Assembly: GCA_030390025.1 (NCBI GenBank)
Contig: JASTWF010000036.1
Span: 620,001 to 684,000 of the forward strand
Origin: Squalus acanthias
Lineage: Eukaryota
Direction: 5' to 3'
DNA length: 64,000 nucleotides
Shown: in pieces, positions 35,286 through 48,846 of the stretch
Position numbering within the stretch: position 1 is the stretch's first letter
Layout: each line of letters begins with the position of its first letter
The notes under the pieces: model-generated
What the model was told of the DNA's origin: nothing
The model's database searches: none
The model's input: the letters and a program-made list of their open reading frames with translations, nothing else
Program-made: the position numbers and the translations under genes

Positions 35286-36534
35286 TGAGTAAACAAAAAT
35301 GGGGCTTGTTGCTGATCTAGGGGCGGGCTGTTCATGTGAGAGAGAAAAAAAAATTCCACCACTTGACACAGAGAGAGAGAGAGAGATAGTCCAGCCCACT
35401 TTCATGTGGAGCATGCATGACATATAGTCGTACAGTCAAAGCTCAAGCTTGGTGGATGCATGTACTCCCCCCTGTTGAGTGGAGTGGCTCTGTTGGAGGG
35501 ATGGAGTCACGGTTAGGACCTGCCGACCCTTGAGGGGCAGGAGGGGGGGGGGGGGAGAGGACTTCCCTCTCCGCATCCCAAATGACCCCCCAACACTCAA
35601 GGATGGCCGAAGGAATGAGAGGAAAACGCAGGAAGCAAGCCAACCCGCAGAGAAACGATGGTAGGAATTTCCACACACAATTCGTTCTTGGCGATGCATT
35701 GGGAAGGGGGCAACTCCGGGGGGTTGGGGGAATTGTTTCGGGTCAAGTGCAACTACTTGGTTGGGTTATATTTTTGGTGGGGAGTTCATTCGAAGAATTC
35801 CACTCTCATCAAGTAAGATTCAGGGCAGAGGAGAAGAAAGAAAGAAAGTCTTGTCCAAGACTATTGAAGAGTCTGGTAGCGTTTTCCATTTGAGATGTTC
35901 TTGTAGGAGGGAGGGAGGGAGGGGGGAAACAGACACACACACTGGGAGATTCTTGTCAGAGAGAGAGAGTGTGTGTTTGATATTATTAATAATAATCTAG
36001 AATCTCCCCCTCAACAATAAGAAATCTGGATGTGGGATCGTTCTGTGCACTGTGGGATGATGAGTGGCGGAGGTTGTGCAGTGTGCAAACTCGACAGGAC
36101 ATCTTTCTCTCTCTCTCTCTCTCTTTAAACTTAAAAAAAACTTTAAACTTTCATTTCCAGTTTGTAAACAGAGGCATTTGGAGAGGGGGTAGAATTTAAT
36201 CTTTTTTCACCAACAAGACCCCTAGTTGCTGTATTGAATGTGCATTTCTCAAAGTTTCATGGTGAGATTGTGTGTCTTCGCTGAGAGGAGGCTTGTGTCA
36301 CGGGCTTGCAATTAATTCCCCAGCTGGCTCCGGTGTGGGATGTGGGTCACTCGAGTCTGTAATTTCCCCCCCAGCCCTGCGGATTCAACTCCATCCAATT
36401 TTCCACTTCCACCGCGAAACCCACAGCCCAGACAAAGATCGTCGGGATTCGCTCAGATCTGCTTTCCAGAAATAGACTACAGAGGATGCGAAGGAAGCAA
36501 AGATGGATAGAAGGGGAAGGGGGGGTGGGGTGGG

Positions 36535-37480
36535 AGAGAGACACAGAGAGAGAAAAAGACACAGAGCGAGAGAGAGACAGAGACAGAGAGAGAGAGATAC
36601 ACACAGAAAGAGAGAGACTGACAGAGAGAGAGTGACAGAGAGAGAGAGAGAGTGAGTGGAGAGAGAGATGTGAGAGAGAGTGTGAGAGAGAGAGTGTGAG
36701 AGAGAGAGTGACAGAGAGAGAGAGAGAGTGTGAGTGACAGAGACAGAGACAGAGAGAGTGTGAGAGAGAGAGTGACAGAGAGACACAGAAAGAGAGAGAA
36801 AGACAGAGAGAGACAGAGAGAGAGAAAGACACAGAGAGAGACAGACAGAGTGACAGAGAGAGAGAGAGAGAGACAGAGACACAGAGAGAAAGACAGTGAC
36901 AGAGAGAGAGAGATACACACAGAAAGAAAGAGACTGACAGAGAGAGAGTGAGTGAGAGAGAGAGTGTGAGAGAGAGTGAGAGAGAGAGAGAGAGTGTGAG
37001 AGAGAGAGTGACAGAGAGAGAGAGAGAGAGAGTGTGAGTGACAGAGACAGAGAGAGTGTGAGAGAGAGAGTGACAGAGAGACACAGAAAGAGAGAGAAAG
37101 ACAGAGAGAGACAGAGAGAGAGAAAGACACAGAGAGAGACAGAGTGACAGAGAGAGAGAGAGACAGAGACACAGAGAGAAAGACAGTGACAGAGAGAGAG
37201 CGAGTGTGAGAGAGAGAGAGTGACAGAGAGTGGCAGAGAGAGTGAGAGAGAGAGTGAGAGAGAGAGAGAGAGAGTGACAGAGAGAGAGAGAGAGTGACAG
37301 AGAGAGCAGAGAGAGAGAGAGAGAGTGACAGAGAGAGAGAGAGTGACAGAGAGAGAGAGTGTCAGAGAGAGAGAGAGGGAGTGAGAGTCAGCGAGAGATA
37401 GACAGAGACAGAGAGAGAAAGAGACACACACAGAAAGAAAGAGAGAGAGAAAGACACAGAGTGAGAGCGACAGAGATAGA
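36535..37480. repeat. (GA)n/GACA/GTGA compound microsatellite
   Basis: Direct reading. Confidence 0.95.
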
Positions 37481-37487
37481 CGGAGAT

Positions 37488-37760
37488 CATATAGAAAGTT
37501 ACAGCACAGAAGGAGGCCATTCAGCCCATGGTGTCTGTGCCGGCCGACAAAGAGCTCTCCAGCCTAATCTCACTTTCCAGCTCTTGGTCCGTAGCCCTGG
37601 AGGTTCCGGCACTTCAAGCGCATATCCAAGTACCTTTTAAATGTGATGAGGGTTTCTGCCTCTACCACCCTTTCAGGCAGTGAGTTCCAGACCCTCACCA
37701 CCCTCTGGGTGAAGAAAGTTCTCCTCAACTCCCCTCTAATCCTTCTACCAATGACTTTAA
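37488..37760 (-). mobile_element. CR1-type LINE 3' end
   Basis: [33 protein letters not shown]. Confidence 0.83.
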
Positions 37761-38229
37761 AAAGACAGAGAGAGGGAATGAGAAAGAGAGACCGAACGCA
37801 AGAGAGAGAGAGAGAGGCAAAATGAACCCAGATCCGAGTGCCTTGGAACCAGTTTCCCATCCCGCAGCTCTCCTGAGTAACCCCACCGTCTAACAGTTAG
37901 AACTGCGTTAATACAAACTCACTCTCCCAGTGTTCATGTCCTGATTCCCCCTAGAACTCGCTCAGCTCTCTCTCTCTCTCTGCTCTGTCTCCAGACCAGG
38001 TGTTGAGAAGGGGGTCTCGGGGTGTGGGTGGGGGGGGGGGGAGGGTACTGGGATGCAATGGGGAGGGAGGGGGGCATTTGATATTTGTGCGACCATTGTT
38101 GGACACAGGATCCTAACGCATTCCGTATGGTATAGCTTTGTCGATCCTTTATTGCAGATGTTCCAGCTCATTATTTCTCCGGCCGTTTGCCAGTATTAGT
38201 ATTTATGATTAAACGTGTCACTCCACCCT

Positions 38230-40038
38230 GCATTTCTCCGGCGCCTTTCACCACCTCAGGACATCCGAAAGCGCTTTTACAGCCAATGAAGCACTTTATT
38301 TTGAAGTGTGGTCACTGTTGTAATGTAGGAAACGCGGCAGCCAATTTGCGCACAGCAAGCTCCCACAAACAGCAATGTGATAAATGGCCAGATCATCTGT
38401 TTCCTTTGAGTGATGTTGGTTGAGGGATAAATATTGGCCCCAGGACACCGTGGAGAACTCCCCCCTGCTCTTCTTCGAAATAGTGGCAGTGGGATCTTTT
38501 ACATCCACCCGAGAGGGCAGACGGGGCCTCGGTTTAACGTTTCATATGACACTACGGCACTCCCTCAGTACTGCCCCTCTGACAGTGCGGCACTCCCTCA
38601 GTACTGCCCCTCTGACAGTGCGGCGCTCCCTCAGTACTGCCCCTCCGACAGTGCGGCGCTCCCTCAGTACTGCCCCTCCGACAGTGCGGCGCTCCCTCAG
38701 TACTGCCACTCCGACAGTGCGGCGCTCCCTCAGTACCTGCCCCTCCGACAGTGCGGCACTCCCTCAGTACCGCCCCTCCGACAGTGCGCCGCTCCCTCAG
38801 TACTGCCCCTCCAACAGTGCGGCGCTCCCTCAGCACTGCCCCTCCGACAGAGCAGCGCTCCCTCAGTACCGCCCCTCCGACAGTGCAGCGCTCCCTCAGT
38901 ACTGCCCCTCCGACAGTGTGGCACTCCCTCAGTACCGCCCCTCCGACAGTGCGCCGCTCCCTCAGTACTGCCCCTCCGACAGTGCGGAGCTCCCTCAGTA
39001 CTGCCCCTCCGACAGTGCGGAGCTCCCTCAGTACTGCCCCTCCGACAGTGTGGCGCTCCCTCAGCACTGCCCCTCCGACAGAGCAGCGCTCCCTCAGTTC
39101 CGCCCCTCCGACAGTGCGGCGCTCCCTCAGTACTGCCCCTCCGACAGTGTGGCACTCCCTCAGTACCTGCCCCTCCGACAGTGCGCCGCTCCCTCAGTAC
39201 TGCCCCTCCGACAGTGCGGAGCTCCCTCAGTACTGCCCCTCCGACAGTGCGGAGCTCCCTCAGTACTGCCCCTCCGACAGTGCGGCGCTCCCTCAGTACT
39301 GCCCCTCCGACAGTGCGGCGCTCCCTCAGTACTGCCCCTCCGACAGTGCGGCGCTCCCTCAGTACTGCCCCTCCGACAGTGCGGCGCTCCCTCAGTACTG
39401 CCCCTCCGACAGTGCGGCGCTCCCTCAGTACCGCCCCTCCGACAGTGCGCCGCTCCCTCAGTACTGCCCCTCCGACAGTGCGGCGCTCCCTCAGCACTGC
39501 CCCTCCGACAGAGCAGCGCTCCCTCAGTACCGCCCCTCCGACAGTGCGGCGCTCCCTCAGTACTGCCCCTCCGACAGTGTGGCACTCCCTCAGTACCGCC
39601 CCTCCGACAGTGCGCCGCTCCCTCAGTACTGCCCCTCCGACAGTGCTGAGCTCCCTCAGTACTGCCCCTCCGACAGTGCGGAGCTCCCTCAGTACTGCCC
39701 CTCCGACAGTGCGGCGCTCCCTCAGTACTGCTCCTCCAACAGTGCGGCGCTCCCTCAGTACTGCCCCTCTGACAGTGCGGCGCTCCCTCAGTACTGCCCC
39801 TCCGACAGTGCGGCACTCCCTCAGTACCGCCCCTCCGACAGTGCACCGCTCCCTCAGTACTGCCCCTCCGACAGTGCGGCGCTCCCTCAGCACTGCCCCT
39901 CCGACAGTGCGGCGCTCCCTCAGTACCGCCCCTCCGACAGTGCGGCGCTCCCTCAGCACTGCCCCTCCGACAGTGCGGCGCTCCCTCAGCACTGCCCTTC
40001 CGACAGTGCGGCGCTCCCTCAGCACTGCCCCTCCGACA
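38230..40038 (-). mobile_element. Headless Deu-SINE with the longest array, about 45 units (38555-40038)
   Basis: Tail, Deu domain and array; fused to L2 at 40038. Confidence 0.88.
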
Positions 40039-40875
40039 GGTGACCAAAAGCTTGGTCAAAGAGGTAGGTTTTAAGGGGCATCTTAAAGGAGGAGAGGTGA
40101 AGAGGCTGAGAGGTTTATGGAGGGAATTCCAGAGCTTAGGGCCCAGGCAGCTGAAGGCACAGCCGCCAATGGTGGAGCGATGGGAATCGTGCGGGGGGGC
40201 AGGGGCGGGGATGCGCAAGAGGCTAGTATTGGAGGAGCGTAGAGATCTCGGAGGGTTGTAGGGGGCTGGAGGAGGTTACAGAGATAGGGAGGGGTTGTAG
40301 GGGGCTGGAGGAGGTTACAGAGATAGGGAGGGTTGTAGGGGGCTGGAGGAAGTTACAGAGATAGGGAGGGTTGTAGGGGGCTGGAGGAGGTTACAGAGAT
40401 AGGGAGGGTTGTAGGGGCTGGAGGAGGTTACAGAGATAGGGAGGGTTGTAGGGGGCTGGAGGAGGTTACAGAGATAGGGAGGGGTGTAGGGGGCTGGAGG
40501 AGGTTACAGAGATAGGGAGAGTTGTAGGGGGCTGGAGGAGGTTACAGAGATAGGGAGGGTTGTAGGGAGCTGGAGGAGGTTACAGAGATAGGGAGGGTTG
40601 TAGGGGCTGGAGGAGGTTACAGAGATAGGGAGGGTTGTAGGGGGCTGGAGGAGGTTACAGAGATAGGGAGGATTGTAGGGGCTGGAGGAGGTTACAGAGA
40701 TAGGGAGGGTTGTAGGGGGCTGGAGGAGGTTACAGAGATAGGGAGGTGTTGTAGGGGGCTGGAGGAGGTTACAGAGATAGGGAGAGTTGTAGGGGGCTGG
40801 AGGAGGTTACAGAGATAGGGAGGGGGGCGAGGTGGCCATGGAGGGATTTGAAAACACGGATGAGAATTTTAAAAT
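40034..40875 (-). mobile_element. L2-clade LINE 3' fragment with an internal 37-39-bp minisatellite of about 15 units (40250-40825)
   Basis: STIGGCAFSCLGPKLWNSL frame; unit gagggttgtagggggctggaggaggttacagagatagg. Confidence 0.8.
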
Positions 40876-41059
40876 GGAGAACTCCAGTTTAACAGATTGC
40901 AGTGCCGATGTCCCACTATTCCCACGACCCCCCTCCTACGGATGGCCCAGCACATTCTCAGTTCCCTGGTGCCAGAGGGAGTTGAACGAGCTGATTCCGA
41001 TGAACAAACATTCTGGAGATTGCAACATTCTGCCAATACTGGGAAACATCATTTGAGTG

Positions 41060-43465
41060 TACAGCCCAGAAACAGGCCGTTCAGCCCATCTGTTCCCTGC
41101 CGGTGTTTATGCTCCACACCAGCCTCCTCCTCCCACCCCTACTTCATCTCACCCTATCACCATATCCATCTATCCCCTTTCTCCCTCGTGTGTTTATCCA
41201 GCTTCCCCCCTTAAACGCCTCTACGCTCTTCGCCTCAACCACTCCAATTGATAGCCAAGTGTGGTCTAACCAAGGTTCTGTACCAGTTGAACATAATTTC
41301 CCTGCTTACATCCCTCCAAACCCCCAGTGTCTGGTTCGCTCTCCCTCTTTACGGCCTTGTTAACCCGCGTCGCTGCTTTTAGTGATCTGTGTATCTGTCC
41401 CCCCCCCACCCCCCACCCACCCCCCGCCAGATCCCTCCGTTCCTCGACCCCATTTAGACCCTTATTTTCCATGGGGTAGATGGCCTCTTCGTTCTGCTGA
41501 CCAAAATGCGCCACCTCACACTCATCTACGTCGAAATTCATTTGCCGATTACTCGCCCATTCTGCCTGCTGGCTTTGTCATGTGGGAATGCCGATGCTCC
41601 AAGGGACCTGGGTGTCCTTGTACATGAGTCACTGAAAGTGAATATGCAGGTGCAGCAAGCCATTCGGAAGGCAAATGCATGTACATAGATCCCTGAAGGT
41701 TTAGCATAAAGTCCTGGCTTTTGCGCTCTACGCCTCTATTTATAAAGCCCAGGATCCCGTATTCTTTATTAATTGCTTCGTTAACCTGTCCTGCCACCTT
41801 CAAAGATTTGTTCACAAGCACCCTTCTTGCACCCCCTTTAACATTTAGCATGTATGGTCTCTCCTCCTTCTTCCTCCCAAAATGTATCACCTCACACTTT
41901 TCTGCGTTAAATTTCATCTGCCACGTGTCCGCCCATTCCACCAGCCTGTCTATGTCTTCCTAAAGTCGAGGAGGGAAGCCTCAGGCTACAGGATGATATA
42001 GATGGGTTGGTCAGATGGGCAGAACAGTGGCAAATGGAAATTAACCCTGAAAAGTGTGAGGTGATGCATTTTGGGAGGACTAACAAGGCAAGGGAATACA
42101 CAATGAATGGTAGGACCCCTAGGAAGGACAGAGGATCAGAGGGACCTTGGTGTGCATGTACACAGATCCCTGAAGGCAGCAGGACAGGTAGATAAGGTGG
42201 TTTAAAAAGGCATATGGGATACTTGCCTTCATTAGCCGAGGCATAGAATATAAGAGCAGGGAGGTTATGATGGAGCTGTACAAAACGCTAGTTAGGCCAC
42301 AGCTGGAATACTGTGTGCAGTTCTGGTCGCCACACTATAGGAAGGATGTGATTGCATTGGAGAGGGTGCAGAGGAGATTCACCAGGATGTTACCTGGGCT
42401 GGAGCGCTTCAGCTATGAAGAGAGACTGGGCAGGCTGGGGTTGTTTTCCTTAGAGCAGAGAAGGCTGATGGGGGGGGACCTGATTGAGGTACACAAAATT
42501 ATGAGGGGCATAGATAGGGTAGATAGAAAGGAATTTTTCCCCTTAGTAGAGGGGGTCAATAACCAGGGGGCATAGTTTCAAGGTAAGGGGCAGGAGGTTT
42601 AGAGGGGATTTGAGGAAAAACTTTTTCACCCAGAGGGTGGTTGGAATCTGGAACTCACTGCCTGAAAGGGTGTGAGGCAGGAACCCTCACAACATTCAAG
42701 AAGCATTTAGACGAGCACTTGAAACGCCATAGCATACAAGGCTACGGACCAAGTGCTGGAAAATGGGATTAGAATAGATAGGGCTTGATGGCCGGCGCGG
42801 ACACGATGGGCCGAAGGGCCTCTTTCTGTGCTGTATAACTCTATGGCTTTCATTACAAGAGGATTTGAGTACAGGAGTAAAGAAGTCTTACTCCAATTAT
42901 ATAGGGCCTTGGTGAGACCACACCTGGAGTACTGTGTACAATTTTGGTCTCCTTACCCAAGGAAGGATATGCTTGCCATAGAGGGAGTGCAGCGAAGGTT
43001 CACGAGATTGATTCCTGGGATGGTGGGACTGTCGTAGGAGAAGAGATTGAGTAAACTAGGCCTGTATTCTCTTGAATTCAGAAGAATGAGAGGGGATCTC
43101 ATTGAAGCATACAAAATTATTACAGGGCTTGGTAGGGTGGATGCTGGGAGAATGTTTCCCCTGGCTGGGAGTCCAGAACCAGGGGGCCACAGGGTAGGCC
43201 ATTTAGGACAGAGATGAGAAGAAATTTCTTCACACAGAGGGTGGTGAATCTTTGGAATTCTCTACCCCAGAGGGCTGTGGAGGCTCAGTCATTGGGTATA
43301 TTCAAAACAGAAGTCGATAGATTTCTGACTAGTAAGGGCATCAAGGGATATGGCGACAGGGCCGGTGAATGGAGTTGAGGCAGAAGATCAGCCATGATCT
43401 CATTGAATGGCGGCGCAGGCTCGAAGGGCCGAATGGCCTACTCCTGCTCCTGTGTCTTATGTTCT
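41060..43465. mobile_element. Cluster of CR1-type LINE fragments; largest are 41970-42845 (+) and 42845-43465 (+)
   Basis: [41 protein letters not shown] and 3' UTR stem-loop tails. Confidence 0.88.
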
Positions 43466-43899
43466 TTTGTGTCGCAGTCCTCCTCTGTATTAACTGCGCC
43501 GCCACCACCCCTCCCCCGGCCCACCCCCGCCCAATTTGGTGTTGTCCGCAAATTTTGAAATCGCACTTCTGATCCGAGGCGAAAAAGCAAGTTATGCCGG
43601 TTCTCTCTCCAGTCGTGTGTCTGTCGTCAAAGATTCAGGTTCCAAAGTATTCGGGATGTTGATTCATTTCATTAGAGATGTGTGCAGTGACTAATGATCA
43701 TAAGGCGAGGGTTTAATATCTGGAGAATCTCCGTGGGTTTTAATGCTGGAAGTTGAATCATTATCGAACCGCCAGTGACCTCCTCTGCTGGTGTGCAAAT
43801 AGCTGGTGCTGAGCACGAGCGTCGTGGCTCTTGGGGGCTCATGGCTGATCTGTGACCTAACTCCATCTACCCGCCTTTGCCCCGTATCCATTAATGCCT

Positions 43900-44665
43900 T
43901 TGACCCTCCCACAGTGCGGCGCTCCCTCAGTACTGCCCCCCCCGACGGTGCGCCGCTCCCTCAGTACCGCCCCTCCGACAGTGCGGCTCTCCCTCAGTAC
44001 CGCCCCTCCGACAGTGCGGCTCTCCCTCAGTACCGCCCCTCCGACACTCCCTCAGTACCGCCCCTCCGACAGTGCGGCGCTCCCTCAGTACCGCCCCTCC
44101 GACAGTGCGGCTCTCCCTCAGTACCGCCCCTCCGACAGTGCGGCGCTCCCTCAGTACTGCCCCGCCGACAGTGCGGCGCTCCCTCAGTACTGCCCCTCTG
44201 ACAGTGCGGTGCTCCCTCAGTACTGCCCCTCCCACAGTGCGGCGCTCCCTCAGTACAGCCCCTCCGACAGTGCGGCGCTCCCTCTGTACTGCCCCTCCGA
44301 CAGTGCGGCGCTCCCTCAGTACTGCCCCTCTGACAGTGCGGTGCTCCCTCAGTACTGCCCCTCTGACAGTGCGGCGCTCCCTCAGTACTGCCCCTCCGAC
44401 AGTGCGGCGCTCCCTCAGTACTGCCCCTCCCACAGTGCGGCGCTCCCTCAGTACTGCCCCTCCGACAGAGCGGCGCTCCCTCAGTACTGCCCCTCCGACA
44501 GAGCGGCGCTCCCTCACTACTGCCCCTCCGACAGAGCGGCGCTCCCTCAGTACTGCCCTGGCAGTGTCGGCCTGGACTCTGTGGTCAAGTCTCTGGAGAG
44601 GGACTTCAACCCACAACCTTCTGACTCGGGGCGAGAGAGAGAGTGTAAACCACTGAGTCGCAGCC
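43900..44665 (-). mobile_element. Deu-SINE head plus about 20 units (43903-44558), 3' part lost
   Basis: Array and tRNA-like head. Confidence 0.85.
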
Positions 44666-44709
44666 AACACCTTAGGACCTGCTGTGGTGCACTCTCGCTG
44701 ACCTCTAAC

Positions 44710-46205
44710 ATTTCACATTTAAAATTCTCACCCTCGTGTTCAAATCCCTCCATGGCCTCGCCCCCTCCCTATCTCTCTAACCCCCTCCAGCCCCCTACAA
44801 CCGTCCCTATCGCTGTAACCTCCTCCAGCCCCCTACAACCCTCCCTATCGCTGTAACCTCCTCCAGCCCCCTACAACCCTCCCTATCTCTGTAACCTCCT
44901 CCAGCCCCTACAACCCTCCCTATCTCTGTAACCTCCTCAAGCCCCTACAACCCTCCCTATCTCTGTAACCTCCTCCAGCCCCTACAACCCTCCCTATCTC
45001 TGTAACCTCCTCCAGTCCCTACAACCCTCCCTATCTCTGTAACCTCCTCCAGCCCCTACAACCCTCCCTATCTCTGTAACCTCCTCCAGCCCCTCACTCC
45101 CTATCTCTAACCTCCTCCAGCCCCCTACAACCGTCCCTATCTCTGTAACCTCCTCCAGCCCCCTACAACCCTCCCTATACCTGTAACCTCCTCCAGCTCC
45201 CTACCACCCTCCCTATCTCTGTAACCTCCTCCAGCCCCTTACAACCCTCCCTATCTCTGTAACCTTCTCCAGCCCCTACAACCCTCCCTATCTCTGTAAC
45301 CTCCTCCAGTCCCTACAACCCTCCCTATCTCTGTAACCTCCTCCAGCCCCTACAACCCTCCCTATCTCTGTAACCTCCTCCAGCCCCTCACTCCCTATCT
45401 CTAACCTCCTCCAGCCCCCTACAACCGTCCCTATCTCTGTAACCTCCTCCAGCCCCCTACAACCCTCCCTATCCCTGTAACCTCCTCCAGCCCCCTACAA
45501 CCCTCCCTATCCCTGTAACCTCCTCCAGCCCCCTACAACCCTCCCTATCTCTGTAACCTCCTCCAGCCCCTACAACCCTCCCTATCTCTGTAACCTCCTC
45601 CAGCCCCTACAACCGTCCCTATCTCTGTAACCTCCTCCAGCCCCCTACAACCCTCCCTATACCTGTAACCTCCTCCAGCCCCCTACCACCCTCCCTATCT
45701 CTGTAACCTCCTCCAGCCCCCTACAACCCTCCCTATACCTGTAACCTCCTCCAGCCCCCTACCACCCTCCCTATCTCTGTAACCTTCTCCAGCCCCTACA
45801 ACCCTCCCTATCTCTGTAACCTCCTCCAGTCCCTACAACCCTCCCTATCTCTGTAACTTCCTCCAGCCCTCTACAACCCTCCGAGATCTCTGCGCTCCTC
45901 CAATTCTGCCCTCTTGAGCATCCCACCCCCGATTTCCATCGCTCCACCATTGGTGGCCGTGCCTTCAGCCGCCTGGGCCCTAAGCTCTGGAATGCCCTCC
46001 TAAACCTCTCCGCCTCTCTCTCTCTCTCCTCCTTTAAGACCTTCCTTAAAAACCGGTCTCTTTGACCAAGCTTTTGGTCGCCTGTCCCCTAATATCTCCT
46101 TCTGTGGCTCGGTGGGGGGGGGGGGGGTCAGATTTTGTCTGATTTACGCTCCCGCGACGCGCCCTTGGGACGTTTTACGACATTTGAAAGGCGCGGATGT
46201 AAATG
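44710..46205 (+). mobile_element. L2-clade LINE 3' end with about 30 units of the same 37-38-bp minisatellite (44765-45880)
   Basis: tttaaaattctcaccctcgtgttcaaatccctccatggcctcgcccc, the array, then gccttcagccgcctgggccctaagctctggaa and a tail matching 16480-16760. Confidence 0.82.
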
Positions 46206-46631
46206 GGAGTGTTTTTTTTTGGCGTGGAGGTCCCAGTCGCTGCATGGCAGGGCTCTATGGAGGACAGTGCCCTAATTCATTCCCGCTCCTCATGACTCTC
46301 CCAACCCATGATCGTTTTCGACACACATCCTCACAGGGAAAGCACCAGAGTAATTGTGAAATCATCAGGAGCCCCTTATACTTCAAAGCATCGCAGGCTC
46401 ATGAATGCACTGTAAACAAGGCTGCCTTTGGCCGTATCATGGGTTTGAGGCCAGTGCGCTGGGAAGCGCTCGTCCAATGAAAACCCCATTATGCGAACGT
46501 TCTGGAATCTCGGCAATACCGCACGCTCTACACTTCAAATCATTTTTATTGAAAACATTTCATGAGAACAAAGATGCTCTGATGGCGCAACTGTGTCTCC
46601 TTTTGTCTCTCTCCGTCTCCGTCTCTCTCCG

Positions 46632-48015
46632 GCAGCCGTGGCTCTGCGGGCAGCGCCCTCGCCTCTGAGTCAGAAGGTTGTGGGTTCATAGACTTGAGCG
46701 CAAAAATCTAGGCTGACGCTCCCCAGTGCAATACCGGGGGGGAGTGCCGCGCTGTCGGAGGGGCAGTGCTGAGGGAGCGCCGCGCTGTTGGAGGGGCAGT
46801 GCTGAGGGAGCGCCACAATGTCGGAGGGGCGGTACTGAGGGAGCGCCGCACTGTCAGAGGGGCAGTACTGAGGGAGCGCCGCGCTGTCAGAGGGGCAGTA
46901 CTGAGGGAGCGCCGCACTGTCGGAGGGGCGGTACTGAGGGAGCGCCGCACTGTCGGAGGGGCGGTACTGAGGGGGCGCTGCAATGTCGGAGGGGCGGTAC
47001 TGAGGGAGCGCCGCACTGTCGGAGGGGCGGTACTGAGGGAGTGCTGCACTGTCGGAGGGGCAGTACTGAGGGAGAGCCACACTGTCGGAGGGGCGGTACT
47101 GAGGGAGCGCCGCACTGTCAGAGGGGCAGTACTGAGGGAGTGCCGCGCTGTCGGAGGGGCAGTACTGAGGGAGCGCCGCACTGTCGGAGGGGCGGTACTG
47201 AGGGAGCGCCGCGCTGTCAGAGGGGCGGTACTGAGGGAGCGCCGCACTGTCGGAGGGGCGGTACCGAGGGAGCGCCGCACTGTCGGAGGGGCGGTACTGA
47301 GGGAGTGCTGCACTGTCGGAGGGGCAGTACTGAGGGAGCGCCGCACTGTCGGAGGGGCGGTACTGAGGGAGAGCTGCACTGTCGGAGGGGCAGTACTGAG
47401 GGAGCGCCGCACTGTCGGAGGGGCGGTACTGAGGGAGAGCTGCACTGTCGGAGGGGCAGTACTGAGGGAGCGCCGCACTGTCGGAGGGGCGGTACTGAGG
47501 GAGTGCTGCACTGTCGGAGGGGCGGTACTGAGGGGGCGCTGCACTGTCGGAGGGGCGGTACTGAGGGAGTGCTGCACTGTCGGAGGGGCAGTACTGAGGG
47601 AGCGCCGCACTGTCGGAGGGGCGGTACTGAGGGGGCGCTGCACTGTCGGGAGGGGCGGTGCTGAGGGAGCGCCGCACTGTCAGAGGTGTCGTCTTTCGGA
47701 TGAGACGTTAAACCGAGGCCCCGTCTGCTCTCTCAGGTGGACGTTAAAGATCCCAGGGCCACTATTTCGAAGAAGAGCAGGAGGGGAGTTATCCCCGGTG
47801 TCCTGGGGCCAATATTTATCCCTCAACCAACATCACTAATAAACTGATATTCTGGTCATTTATCTCATTGCTGTTTGTCGGAGCTTACTGTGCACAAATT
47901 GGCTGCCGCGTTTCCTACATTACAACAGTGAATACACTTCAAAAAAAGTACTTCATTGGCTGTGAAGCGCTTTGGGATGTCCTGAGGTGGTGAAAGGGGC
48001 TGGAGAAATGCGAGA
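46632..48015 (+). mobile_element. Full-length Deu-SINE with about 29 units (46728-47686)
   Basis: Head, array, Deu domain and tail. Confidence 0.88.
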
Positions 48016-48774
48016 TCTTTCTTTTCCTTAAGCTGTGCAGGATTGGTGAATCACTGACCAAGGTGAGGCATAATTTGAGTTTTTGTTCTGGATGCAGAAT
48101 GAAGGAGGGGGAACACTTTCATACAACGGGTTGTCAGGCTATGGACAATAGCAATGGTTCAAGAAGAAGACGTCCTACCACCTTCTCAGGGCAACTAAGG
48201 GGACGGGCAATAAATGCCGGCCTTGCCAGTGACGCCCGCATCCTGAGAATAAATTAAAGAAACAGTCCCAGTCACACTTGGTAGCATCCGTATTGTGGTA
48301 ATGCACAGTATCCAACACCTCACCCCGAGCAATGCCACAGGCGGTCTGCAAGCGCTATCCTTGAAGGCCAGCAGCGATTTTTTCTTGCCCGTCAGGCTTC
48401 AAGCGTCCGCTTAAATTTTCCGTGTCACGCCTCACATGTAATGTAAAACAAAGCTAACGTGCAGCTTGGGTTGCAATTAAGCTCCGATTGGCCTCACCCA
48501 GTGTTTACTTAACAGCGAGTAGTTTAGCAGCGGAATAATATACGGTGCCTTACAGCGCAATAGGAACGATTAACCCGCGCTCCCCATTCCAGAGGCGGTG
48601 GGGGGACGGCATCAGGCAAGGACGGGATTGGGAACGGCTACACAGTGTGTCACCCCCCCCCGCCCCCTCTCTCCCCACTCCGACTGACCAACGCGTGAAG
48701 GACGGAGGGGAGAGGGGTCACTCGGAGGGGAGAGGAGTGAAGTGAACATGGAGCAGGGAGAGAGGGGGGGCGGG

Positions 48775-48846
48775 AAAGAAAATGAGGAAGTGCAACTCTT
48801 GCGCAAGAAAATGCTAAAATAAGGTTGATGTCGAAAGTTGTGGTCT
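48775..48846. promoter_or_regulatory. Candidate haematopoietic enhancer core (PU.1/ETS, C/EBP and RUNX motifs)
   Basis: AAAATGAGGAAGTG (core 48784-48792), TTGCGCAA (48799-48806) and TGTGGTC (48839-48845) in non-repeat DNA; motif matches only. Confidence 0.4.
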
